From the IMG/VR virus record IMGVR_UViG_3300017971_000190, positions 157,680 through 221,679 of that record: a stretch of DNA of 64,000 nucleotides; one strand, 5' to 3'. Below the pieces are notes generated by a model. That model ran no database searches. It saw only the letters and a program-made list of their open reading frames with translations, and had not been told where the DNA came from. Both the position numbers and the translations under genes were made by a program. Positions 48,392 through 57,298 of the stretch are shown one piece after another. Numbering within the stretch: the stretch's first letter is position 1; each line of letters opens with the position of its first letter.

Positions 48392-48886
48392 TTAGAGCTT
48401 AAGATCTAGAAGATTCTTCTTGCTCTTCTTGGCCTTCTTACCCTTCTTTCCACTACCCTTGGGGCGACCACGCTTACCTGTTTTCTTTGCTGCAGCCTTC
48501 TTCTTGGGAGGACGACCACGACGCTTCTTGGGTGCATCATCGGCAGCCTTCTTCTTGGGAGGACGACCACGACGCTTCTTGGGAGCATCATCGGCAGCCT
48601 TCTTCTTGGGAGGACGACCACGACGCTTCTTGGGAGCATCATCGGCAGCCTTCTTCTTGGGAGGACGACCACGACGCTTCTTGGGTGCCTCTCCATCATC
48701 GGGAGCTTCTACCACCTCTTCTACCACCGTACCGTTAATCGGAACGATGTAGGTAGTGGTGTTCTTACGAGACGTCATCTCGACGGTAAGAACGCCAGCG
48801 CGGGCCTTCACAATGGACCCCTTTGTCAGTAGTCCGAACACCTGTGAAGCGGACATGTTAACAAGCTTGGTTTCTGGTTTTGCCAT
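48392..48886 (-). CDS. multi-AT-hook, Lys-rich DNA-binding protein (HMGA/H1-like)
   Basis: 4x KKRRGRPPKKKAADDAP plus KRGRPKGS; start moved to ATG 48886 (AGGAG SD). Confidence 0.8.
   Translation of the reverse strand: MAKPETKLVNMSASQVFGLLTKGSIVKARAGVLTVEMTSRKNTTTYIVPINGTVVEEVVEAPDDGEAPKKRRGRPPKKKAADDAPKKRRGRPPKKKAADDAPKKRRGRPPKKKAADDAPKKRRGRPPKKKAAAKKTGKRGRPKGSGKKGKKAKKSKKNLLDLKL
48492..48690 (-). repeat. 51-bp tandem repeat, about 4 copies
   Basis: Unit gcagccttcttcttgggaggacgaccacgacgcttcttgggXgcatcatcg at 48492, 48543, 48594 and 48645. Confidence 0.95.
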
Positions 48887-48917
48887 TTGATTTCTCCTAT
48901 GATTTGGCATTTGGGAA

Positions 48918-50540
48918 TTACGACAAATCTCGTCGTATACGGACAAATTGATTAAATCTGGCAACTGCTACTGGATCGGGATCTTTTTGAAAGAGGAAAT
49001 CTATTTTCATGCCTACCAACTCTTTCCTCTGCTTCCACAGCTCCATACGCTGATCAGATCCACCTTTATGTTCCAGACCTCCTCCAACTGCAAATTCCTT
49101 ACCGTCGTACCGTACAATAAAACGACGTAATCGGGCACTGTGTCTAAAGGTTACTACGCCTTTGGGGGTGCAATAAACTCTCCGAGCAGATGAGTCTTTA
49201 GCCGCTTTCTTAAGTCTCTGAATAAACGACTCCAGCTCTTCTACTGTATCAAAAGAAGGTCGAACTTGCAAGTAGTATTTTGTCTTTTTTACCTTTCCAA
49301 CCTTTTTCATTATCCTGTAGATTTTATCCGTAATCTCTGGATCTGCTGCTGCGTTCTTCCCCTTCTTCCCAGGCTCCAACCTCACAATGACTCCAGTAGC
49401 CTCTTCCTCTGCCTTAAATTTAATCACATCAGGGCCTCTGTGGTCATCCAAACGAAGCGGGGCATCTACAGTCTTAATCATTGCTCCCTCAAAACTACGG
49501 TCCAGAGCCCTATTGTAGAATTTATGGAGAGCTTCCTCCATTCTAAGAATTTTGTGGCCTAGAATACCTATGTTAGGGCTTCGATAGTACACCTTGGGGG
49601 TGATCTTTAAAGGATTGAGAGCCGCTCCTTCTTGCGAGCAGCCTAAGAGATGATGTTTGCGTTCTTCCCAAGGCATTTCAAAAATACCAGCTTCGTAGGC
49701 TTTAAGAGGTGCCCAATCCCATACTACAGCTCGAACATCATCTAGAAATTCTGCTTCATTGAAGTTCTTATAACTACTCACGATACTAGAAGTTTTATTC
49801 CACGACTTTGCTAGGAATTCTCCATCAATGAAGACATCTTCTTCAGGGCCTACCAAGTCTCTCGCCAAACTAAAAAGCTGTCTAGTAAAGAGTTCGACAT
49901 TTTCAATATGCTTTTTTCGCCGGTTAGCCCTACTGACTATAATTACCTTTTTGACTTTTTGAAAAATAAAAAGAAGGGCTCTTTCTCCGTCTAATTTATA
50001 CTCACCAGCTTTTGGAAATTTTAATGGTTTGTATTTTTTGGGAAGTCTTTTGTAGGCCAACCCCAACATACACCCTCTAAACTGCATAGAGGCATTGTTA
50101 GTACCAGTCTTACCTTCTGTGAGAAAACCTAAACCAAAAACGGATTTAATTGTTTTCGGACCTACTCCTACACGAAGGTCATGGTCTAAAATTCTCAATA
50201 ACCATTTAGCTACTAGAGGGTCACTTTTGAGAAGTAGAGCTTTGGTTTTAGCAGTAGCTTTTTTAGAACCCCAACGACGCTCTTTAAGGTAACTGGCCAG
50301 CTTAACAAATTTAAGCCAAGAGTCATGTGGAGTTATTTCGGAAGTACAACGGGCGGTTTTTATTATAGGATGAACAAAGTACCGATCCTGCCCAAGAGCC
50401 ATTTTAAAAATGGTTTTTAAAACTGGATTGGTTTTTGTTTCTTCCAAAAGGATTTTTTTCTCTTTGTTCTTTTCGTACACCTCCAGCCTTTCCAAACAAT
50501 TAAAGGCTTCCTCAACTTGTGTTTTGGTGGATTTTTTCAT
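48918..50540 (-). CDS. lig: ATP-dependent DNA ligase
   Basis: EYKLDGER adenylation motif, IDGE, EGAMIK, IKFK, OB-fold C-terminus. Confidence 0.92.
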   Translation of the reverse strand: MKKSTKTQVEEAFNCLERLEVYEKNKEKKILLEETKTNPVLKTIFKMALGQDRYFVHPIIKTARCTSEITPHDSWLKFVKLASYLKERRWGSKKATAKTKALLLKSDPLVAKWLLRILDHDLRVGVGPKTIKSVFGLGFLTEGKTGTNNASMQFRGCMLGLAYKRLPKKYKPLKFPKAGEYKLDGERALLFIFQKVKKVIIVSRANRRKKHIENVELFTRQLFSLARDLVGPEEDVFIDGEFLAKSWNKTSSIVSSYKNFNEAEFLDDVRAVVWDWAPLKAYEAGIFEMPWEERKHHLLGCSQEGAALNPLKITPKVYYRSPNIGILGHKILRMEEALHKFYNRALDRSFEGAMIKTVDAPLRLDDHRGPDVIKFKAEEEATGVIVRLEPGKKGKNAAADPEITDKIYRIMKKVGKVKKTKYYLQVRPSFDTVEELESFIQRLKKAAKDSSARRVYCTPKGVVTFRHSARLRRFIVRYDGKEFAVGGGLEHKGGSDQRMELWKQRKELVGMKIDFLFQKDPDPVAVARFNQFVRIRRDLS

Positions 50541-50561
50541 CGAAGTTTTTGATGAACTTAT

Positions 50562-50604
50562 GGGTGGGAAATGGTAGTCAAAGTTCGCTTACCATTTCCC
50601 ACCC
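50562..50604. terminator. 15-bp perfect inverted repeat, 13-nt loop
   Basis: gggtgggaaatggta / taccatttcccaccc. Confidence 0.65.
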
Positions 50605-50622
50605 TTTTAAAAATGGAGTAAT

Positions 50623-51705
50623 CTAGTCGTCTTCCGCCGTCATCTCCACGATTTCGACATTCATGTTTTGACGGAAGTTCTTTAGACGGAATGTACGACG
50701 TTTGCCTCTGTATTTACCTTCGAGAATGGCAATACTAATTTGCCCTTGGTAGGTCTTAAAAATAATACCTTCCAGACGCTCTCCAGTTTTCTCGTCATCC
50801 CACTGCACAGTCATGCCGCCCTTAAGAGGAAGGGCTTTTTGAGACTTCTGTTGACGTTGCCTACGATTAAGAGCACGAATAAGAGGAGTAATATAGAGAA
50901 TTTGATCCTCATGCACAAAGTTTTTCTGAAGCCAACTGAAAGCAGCAGCAAAAAGCTTAACACCTTCTCCAGACTCAGCATCATCTATAATCTTGGTCCG
51001 CATTTCTAACAGTTTGCGGTAAGACGGTAGTAACCTACGCACGGCTTCCCGAGCAGAGAAAGGAAGCTTGTCATTAAAATCTTCAAACGCCTTAGCATTT
51101 TCTACGTTGACGTAGTATTGCCCACAGCTGAAATTATTTTTAATGACTTTGGTTTTAGGATCGTCGGGATCTAGACGTTCCCCCTCTTTGCAGAAGACTT
51201 GTCCCATTATTTCCCGGTTAAACATGGTACATGTACCACAGGTAATCGGAATAACGTCCCCTACTTCATACTCCTTGTCGTCTACCGTAAATCCTTTTTG
51301 TACTTTGTAGACGGGTGTAGTGTCTTTATCTTTAGCTAGTTTCTTTTTGCGACCGCGCTTCTTCTTTTTCTTAGGCTTCTTCTCACGCTCATCTTCATCG
51401 TCATCATCGGAGTCATCATCATCACCATCGTCAGAATCGGAGTCATCGGAGTCATCATCATCACCATCGTCAGAATCGGAGTCATCATCATCGTCATCAT
51501 CGTCGTCGTCATCATCGTCATCATCGTCGTCGTCCTCATCTACAGTATCATCTGAGTCATCGTCATCGTAATCTTCATACTCTTCATCTTCCTCTTCTTC
51601 GTCCTCAGACTCATCCTCCTCCTCGGTCTCTACATCCTCATACTCGTCCTCTTCATGCCGATGGCTTTTGGACTTTGTGCTGTGCTTTTTTCTCTTCTTA
51701 GCCAT
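50623..51705 (-). CDS. basic-acidic-basic protein with Cys4 domain
   Basis: About 90-aa D/E tract, KKKKKRGRKKK, CGTC..C..C; start moved to ATG 51705 (AAGGAG SD). Confidence 0.75.
   Translation of the reverse strand: MAKKRKKHSTKSKSHRHEEDEYEDVETEEEDESEDEEEEDEEYEDYDDDDSDDTVDEDDDDDDDDDDDDDDDDDDSDSDDGDDDDSDDSDSDDGDDDDSDDDDEDEREKKPKKKKKRGRKKKLAKDKDTTPVYKVQKGFTVDDKEYEVGDVIPITCGTCTMFNREIMGQVFCKEGERLDPDDPKTKVIKNNFSCGQYYVNVENAKAFEDFNDKLPFSAREAVRRLLPSYRKLLEMRTKIIDDAESGEGVKLFAAAFSWLQKNFVHEDQILYITPLIRALNRRQRQQKSQKALPLKGGMTVQWDDEKTGERLEGIIFKTYQGQISIAILEGKYRGKRRTFRLKNFRQNMNVEIVEMTAEDD
51390..51650 (-). repeat. Asp/Glu low-complexity tract including a 39-nt duplication
   Basis: ggagtcatcatcatcaccatcgtcagaatcggagtcatc occurs twice. 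Confidence 0.85.
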
Positions 51706-51771
51706 TACGACTCCTTTGAAGAACAATCTGTTCCTGCTGTGATGCCCAAGGGCGTGTAAAGTGTAGCAGCT

Positions 51772-51799
51772 ATACTACTCAGGTTTACAAAAAAGTCAA
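51772..51799 (-). promoter_or_regulatory. sigma70-type promoter
   Basis: TTGACT-N16-TAGTAT upstream of 50623..51705. Confidence 0.55.
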
Positions 51800-51821
51800 G
51801 TACTTTGTGAGTCTCTAAATT

Positions 51822-52709
51822 TTAGCCCTCCGACACAGCAGCTTCTAATTTTCTGACAGCTTTGACAACCCACGTCAAATCTTTTGAACTTAGATTATAC
51901 TTTTTAGAAAGTGCACTGATTTTTTTGGGTTTTTTAGCATCTAGATAAAGTCGAGCAGCCTTTGACAGGCGTCGTCCTCCTCCTACATCCCATTTTTTTT
52001 CTAGAAAAGTGTACAGCTTTTTACATAGCTCGGTATTTTCTACATTTTCCTCTAAGAGTTTGCAGTGTTCTTTAAATTCTGAACGATCCATATCTTTGAT
52101 TATTCTTAGAATTATAGGAATAAGGACAGCATCTTGGTACTCTATATTATCTCCAGAGAAGCTGCTTTTAATCTCTTTCAAAATTGGAAGTAATTCAGGA
52201 GCCTCGGTTTTTTCCGGTATAGTTGCATTTTTATTTTTAGACTGTTTTTTCCTAGGCTTTATCGTTGTTTGCTTTTTATGACTTTTCCGAGGTGTTATTT
52301 TAATTAAAACAGCATCCTCCTCTATAATGTTTCGTAATTCATCTGCGGTTTTAAAAGACAAAGAGCGAACAACTTTATTATTCTTCATCTCTGCATCGAT
52401 AATTGGAACCCCTAAAGAAAGGAGCTGTTCAGGTTGTCCTTTTCCACAAATTAGAAGGCGATGTATTCTCTTAGCATGACGATAAAGTTCGTGATATTTT
52501 TCAGGAGCTGTTAGGATAACATAGTTTCTAGACTCATCTGTTTGCTTCGGAAGTTTAAATTCTTCTTCTTCTCCCTCAGGTGGGTAAACAAATACTTTAC
52601 CACCAGTATTAGGGGAATGAATGTGAAATACCACCACAAATGTTGGCTTCATAGTTGCAAGCCCAACAGCGTGGACTTTTCTGACTTTTGATTTTTTCTT
52701 TTTTGTCAC
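51822..52709 (-). CDS. hypothetical basic protein
   Basis: 295 aa. Confidence 0.7.
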   Translation of the reverse strand: MTKKKKSKVRKVHAVGLATMKPTFVVVFHIHSPNTGGKVFVYPPEGEEEEFKLPKQTDESRNYVILTAPEKYHELYRHAKRIHRLLICGKGQPEQLLSLGVPIIDAEMKNNKVVRSLSFKTADELRNIIEEDAVLIKITPRKSHKKQTTIKPRKKQSKNKNATIPEKTEAPELLPILKEIKSSFSGDNIEYQDAVLIPIILRIIKDMDRSEFKEHCKLLEENVENTELCKKLYTFLEKKWDVGGGRRLSKAARLYLDAKKPKKISALSKKYNLSSKDLTWVVKAVRKLEAAVSEG

Positions 52710-53215
52710 AGGGCTTGTCTCCTGATTAGATCTACCAGTACTGTTTGTAACCGTTTGCTGGAATTCAATTCCAAAACGGTTTCTTTTCTTTGTGTTTTCG
52801 TTACTACTTTACAACCTTTACTATCAGTTTTTGATAAGGATTTAGTTGATACTAAAGTAACAAGTTTACCAGCACTTATGTAAAAGGGCAACAGTTTAAA
52901 ATTTGTGTTTAGAGATTGATTCAAAAAATCGGTTAAAAGCTTATCCACTCCAATAGAGTGATCGTACATTCTACAAATTTCAACCAATAAAGGTATGGTG
53001 AATTTTGGTCTACCTCTCTTCAATTTCTTATATAGAATTCCATTGGTTAATTTAATTTCAGAGCCTTCGTGTGTTTCCAGTATAATGTGGTCTTTAATTA
53101 GATTAATTCTTCCTACAGTTTCTTCAGGAAGAAAATATTGTAACCAATAATGTAAACTGGTAGATCCTCCATTAGCTAAAGCTGTAAATACTCGAACCAA
53201 CATATCACAATGCAC
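52706..53215 (-). CDS. hypothetical protein with KRGRPK motif
   Basis: 169 aa; overlaps both neighbours. Confidence 0.65.
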   Translation of the reverse strand: MHCDMLVRVFTALANGGSTSLHYWLQYFLPEETVGRINLIKDHIILETHEGSEIKLTNGILYKKLKRGRPKFTIPLLVEICRMYDHSIGVDKLLTDFLNQSLNTNFKLLPFYISAGKLVTLVSTKSLSKTDSKGCKVVTKTQRKETVLELNSSKRLQTVLVDLIRRQAL

Positions 53216-55661
53216 CTTCTGTTGATAACATCTTTGCTGCTAAACGTCGGTATTTCTTTGGAGGAGCTGTTGAAGTATAAAGTTTACTTACATTGTTTTC
53301 TCGAATTGACCACCAAGTCTGGTCCCATACTGAACTGTTAATCACTTCAGGTCTATGACTTATTACAAATATAGAAGAGAATCTTTCTTTAAGCATTTCT
53401 AAAATGGAGAGTAGGCTTTCTTCTCCAGGAGGATCTAAATTACCAAAAGGTTCGTCAATAATCAAAATATTAAAAGAGCTATCTGTATAAAGCTCTTTTA
53501 AATCTCTCATTCCAAGTAGGAAAGCTAACCCAGCTTTATGTTTCTCTCCACCGCTCAATAACTGACTCTTAACTGATGATTTTCTACCTTTACGACAAAG
53601 ATAGAACTGAAGATTATTTTCTCCTCCGAATTCTAAGCTTACTTTCTTACGAGGCCATAACATGGAAGAATAGGCAGGAATTGTTTTTTCAGTGGCCTCT
53701 TTTAAAATATGTTGAAATCTAGCTTGTTTCATTCCTTGGGGATGAAAAGCAGTTTTAAGAGCCTTGAAACACGTTAGTTTATTCTGTAATTTAGAACTTT
53801 CTTTTAATTTGGAAGTTAGTTCTGAAATCCTTTCCAATAGACTTTTTATGTGATTTATTTTTATTTCTAATTTGGCTGCTTTGCTGCTATATTTTTTGTA
53901 TCGGCTACTCAAAGTTCTTACATCAGTTTTTAATTGCTGAACTGTTTTCGATACTTCATTTTTGTTTCCTCTTGGAAGAGGTTTAAGCTCCAAGTTAATA
54001 CGTCGTATTTTAATAACTACCTCTACCAATTTTTTAAGCTCTCGATAATTATTCCTGATTTTAGGCAGTTTTGTTTTAATGTCTTCCAAATTTCCTTCAG
54101 GTAGTGCTTCTAACAATGTCTCTAAACGTTCTTTTTGCTTTACAAGTTCAAGAATGGATGACAACTTACGTTCTTTTTTCTGAAGTTTAGTTATTTTAGT
54201 GTTTATTTCTTGAAGTGTGGAATCACAGTCAATAGTCTTTAGTTGATCTGCCAACCTAAGATATTGTTCATAAGATTCGAGAGATGACTTGAGTTTGAAA
54301 TTTCTACGTTTTTTCTTTTTTAATGCATCTCTCGAAGAAGCCAACTTAATTTGCAGTTCATCAACTTGTTCTTTAGTTAGATTTCTAGCTTGACCACATG
54401 TTGGGCAAACACCTTTTTCCAATCTATGATTAACAGATTTTATTGTACTGGTTAATTCTGCTATTGCAGAAATTTGAGCTTCGTTTTCTTCTTGAAGCTT
54501 ATGAATATTCGTTGGTGGTTTTTCGATTTGGGAAAGGTCTTCTTGCAGTTCTAGTTTCTTCTCTGCTTTTGGTAGCTCTACAACTTTTAAATGGTGTAAA
54601 GTTGTTTTTAGGCTAGTTAAGTCTTCTTCTATAGATTCCAATGATTCAATTTCTTCTAAAGACTCATCTAATTTACTTAACTGACTTTCAATAACAGATC
54701 TTCTTCTAAGATCTTCTTCTTGATTTTCAAGAGTGATTTTCTTTTTAGCTAAATTTTTGAGAGACTCTTGCAAAGATTTAAGTGCAACTTTAGTAAGTTG
54801 TTTTTTCTGTTCAAATTTAGGTTTCAGAAGATGGTCGTATTTAGACCATAAAGTTTGCAGTTCTTCCTCTTTGGTAAAACGCAGCTTAAGAGATGCTAGT
54901 AATTCTTGCTGCTCCTCTAATTCGTTTTGAGTTGCAATAAAACCTGCCTGCATAGCATCTGCTTTTTGAGCTGCTTTTACGTACTTATTTTTTAGGGTTT
55001 TAAGCTTGCCTGCTTTTTCTAACTGACTTTCTATTTCTTCAATTTGAGCTTTTAATCTATCAAGTTGAGAAATTTCAGTTTCTACCAAACTAATTTGTGT
55101 ATTTAATTGACTATAAAAATCATCGTAGACATTTAAACTAAACATTACGGTTAGTTTTTTACGACGTTCTCCGTCTTTACCGTGCAAGAGCACGTGATTC
55201 AAATCTTGGGTTAGATAAACTAAATTGAAGAAGCTAGTCTCATCAATCTGAAGAAGCTGGTCTCTAATCCAAGTATGAGGATGTTTTCTATGCTCTCTGG
55301 GTAAGATATCTTTTCCTGTATCTAAATCTAAAACTTCTACTTTATTGCCATATAGATTATGTTTTCTAAATTGATTAATTTGAATAGGTCGGTCATCTAT
55401 TTTTAAACGAAGACTTTTCTCCAAATTTTTCTTAGCTGAGAAATTAATAATATCGTCAGCTGTATCTTTCTTTCCGCTTTTTCCTACAAGTAAACGAGCT
55501 AAGCTATCAGGAACTGTGCTTTTTCCAGATCCTAAAAATCCCCCATCATCTAAATTTAAACCTCTATGTATAACTAAACCCTGATTAGCCAAAGGAATTT
55601 CAGCTGACAAATAAATAGAGGCATTTCTCAGCCTGAAATCTAACAATTCAATGGTAGGCAT
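53205..55661 (-). CDS. sbcC: SbcC/Rad50-like SMC ATPase
   Basis: Walker A GSGKST, zinc hook CPTCG, signature LSGGE, Walker B/D-loop IIDEPFGNLD, long coiled coils. Confidence 0.92.
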   Translation of the reverse strand: MPTIELLDFRLRNASIYLSAEIPLANQGLVIHRGLNLDDGGFLGSGKSTVPDSLARLLVGKSGKKDTADDIINFSAKKNLEKSLRLKIDDRPIQINQFRKHNLYGNKVEVLDLDTGKDILPREHRKHPHTWIRDQLLQIDETSFFNLVYLTQDLNHVLLHGKDGERRKKLTVMFSLNVYDDFYSQLNTQISLVETEISQLDRLKAQIEEIESQLEKAGKLKTLKNKYVKAAQKADAMQAGFIATQNELEEQQELLASLKLRFTKEEELQTLWSKYDHLLKPKFEQKKQLTKVALKSLQESLKNLAKKKITLENQEEDLRRRSVIESQLSKLDESLEEIESLESIEEDLTSLKTTLHHLKVVELPKAEKKLELQEDLSQIEKPPTNIHKLQEENEAQISAIAELTSTIKSVNHRLEKGVCPTCGQARNLTKEQVDELQIKLASSRDALKKKKRRNFKLKSSLESYEQYLRLADQLKTIDCDSTLQEINTKITKLQKKERKLSSILELVKQKERLETLLEALPEGNLEDIKTKLPKIRNNYRELKKLVEVVIKIRRINLELKPLPRGNKNEVSKTVQQLKTDVRTLSSRYKKYSSKAAKLEIKINHIKSLLERISELTSKLKESSKLQNKLTCFKALKTAFHPQGMKQARFQHILKEATEKTIPAYSSMLWPRKKVSLEFGGENNLQFYLCRKGRKSSVKSQLLSGGEKHKAGLAFLLGMRDLKELYTDSSFNILIIDEPFGNLDPPGEESLLSILEMLKERFSSIFVISHRPEVINSSVWDQTWWSIRENNVSKLYTSTAPPKKYRRLAAKMLSTEGAL

Positions 55662-55678
55662 GGTGTGGTAGGAAAGAG

Positions 55679-55885
55679 TTAGGAGTTGAGCTTTTTGATA
55701 AAAGCTGCTAACGTAGTTATTGGAATAAGACGCCTACTTCTTTTTCGCAATCCAGAATTTAAATGTTCAATTTGCTCATCTTCCAGTTGTACAGATACAA
55801 GTATTTTAGAGGGGTCTTCTTCAAATTGTTTTCCAACATCTCTTACATTTCGTCCAACAATACCTTCATAATTTTTTTTAGGCAT
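55679..55885 (-). CDS. small hypothetical protein
   Basis: Likely start ATG 55885 (MPKKNYEG). Confidence 0.55.
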   Translation of the reverse strand: MPKKNYEGIVGRNVRDVGKQFEEDPSKILVSVQLEDEQIEHLNSGLRKRSRRLIPITTLAAFIKKLNS

Positions 55886-55886
55886 T

Positions 55887-56126
55887 TTATTTTCCAGCTG
55901 TTCTATGCGATTCGATCTCACTTTCTAAACGAGAAAGAGCCGCTGGAATAGGATCAAATTCAATCTCACCGTTTTTGCTGGTTCCAGTACAAGAACCATT
56001 AAGACAATGCGCTACAACCGGTACCCCATAATTGGTGAGCTTGTAAGGATTTTCTGTGTCGATAATTCTATAGTCTTTAATTTCCGCTAAAAAATGTCTA
56101 GTACCACCACAAACTTTACAACGCAT
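55887..56126 (-). CDS. small Zn-binding protein
   Basis: CKVC...CLNGSC. Confidence 0.65.
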   Translation of the reverse strand: MRCKVCGGTRHFLAEIKDYRIIDTENPYKLTNYGVPVVAHCLNGSCTGTSKNGEIEFDPIPAALSRLESEIESHRTAGK

Positions 56127-56131
56127 AGGTC

Positions 56132-57298
56132 TTACTTCCTTTTCTTCCCCCAGGTTGATTTTCCAATAGAAATTGCTTCGATAGCCACACTTTCCAAAAC
56201 TGCATGAGCATTGATTGTATAGCTTTTAATAGATGCTTGAGCAGAAAGTAGGAGCTTGAGCATAGTATTAATATCTTGAATATGTTTAAGAGCTACCTCA
56301 CGTCCTACATGTTGTACATTTTTGACCGCCCAAAATTTAGATCTATCAGTAAGTTTTTTATCCACCCAACTAGTAAGTAACAAATGCAAAATTAAAACTA
56401 TTTGATCAATAAAAGATGTATGGTTTTCTACACTATTTACAGCTTGAAAAGCCAATGCTAAATCGAGAGAGAAAAGAGCACTGACATAATCTTGAGAAGC
56501 CAAGTAAGGCTTAGCCGCAGCACTCTCGCGAAGTATGGTTGGAAGATGTTTTTTAATATCAACTGACTTGCCTGCTGTCCTAACATAATTTACCACACTC
56601 TCTAACAGAATCAAGGCATCTCTTGGATGACCGTTAACCACACCAGCTATTTCTTGTCTAGTCTTTTTTGTTAAGTTCAATCCCTCTTTTTTGCCTATTC
56701 GGAGAAGTAATTTAGATGTAAGAGCCGGAGAAATAGGACGTAGTATAAATTTAGTAGCTCTACTACGGATAGTATTAGGCAACTTTTCTGGTTCAGTGGT
56801 ACAAAGAATAAATCGACTATCCCCAGGAGGATGTTCAAATGTTTTAAGAGCTGCTTGCCAAGCAGGACCAGTAATTTGGTGACACTCGTCCAGAATAAAA
56901 ATTTTGTAACGAGTAATAGGAGCATATTCGGCTTGCTCCTGAAGATTCCGCATATCTTCTATTTTTCGTTTATCAGCTGCATCTATTTCTTTAACATCTG
57001 GATGGGTACCTGTCCCCATTATAACAGAGCGCATAGCCTTACAACTATCACATTTTCGGCAAGGTTCACCCTGAGGAGTGAGTTTTTCACAATTGGCATA
57101 GAGAGCAATTAACCTAGCGAGGGTAGTTTTACCAGAGCTGTAAGGACCGGCTAAAAGAATAGTAGGTGGAATAGTTTTTGCTTCTACCATTCCTCTAATT
57201 TTTTGAACAGCTAAGTCTTGTCCAATTACCGTTTTAAGAGAACGAGGACGGTATTTGATAGCAAGAGATATATTTTTTGGGGCGTTTTCGGTTGTCAT
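56132..57298 (-). CDS. dnaX: DNA polymerase III gamma/tau-like clamp loader
   Basis: KYRP..VIGQ, GPYSSGKTT, C..PC..C..C zinc module, ILDECH, SRA. Confidence 0.92.
   Translation of the reverse strand: MTTENAPKNISLAIKYRPRSLKTVIGQDLAVQKIRGMVEAKTIPPTILLAGPYSSGKTTLARLIALYANCEKLTPQGEPCRKCDSCKAMRSVIMGTGTHPDVKEIDAADKRKIEDMRNLQEQAEYAPITRYKIFILDECHQITGPAWQAALKTFEHPPGDSRFILCTTEPEKLPNTIRSRATKFILRPISPALTSKLLLRIGKKEGLNLTKKTRQEIAGVVNGHPRDALILLESVVNYVRTAGKSVDIKKHLPTILRESAAAKPYLASQDYVSALFSLDLALAFQAVNSVENHTSFIDQIVLILHLLLTSWVDKKLTDRSKFWAVKNVQHVGREVALKHIQDINTMLKLLLSAQASIKSYTINAHAVLESVAIEAISIGKSTWGKKRK

Noticed and set aside
48492-48690. CRISPR array
   Set aside because: The repeats are contiguous with no unique spacers and are in-frame coding.
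48406-48752. Alternative-frame and antisense ORFs over the 51-bp repeat
   Set aside because: Shadows of the AT-hook repeat; they lack an SD and give low-complexity translations.
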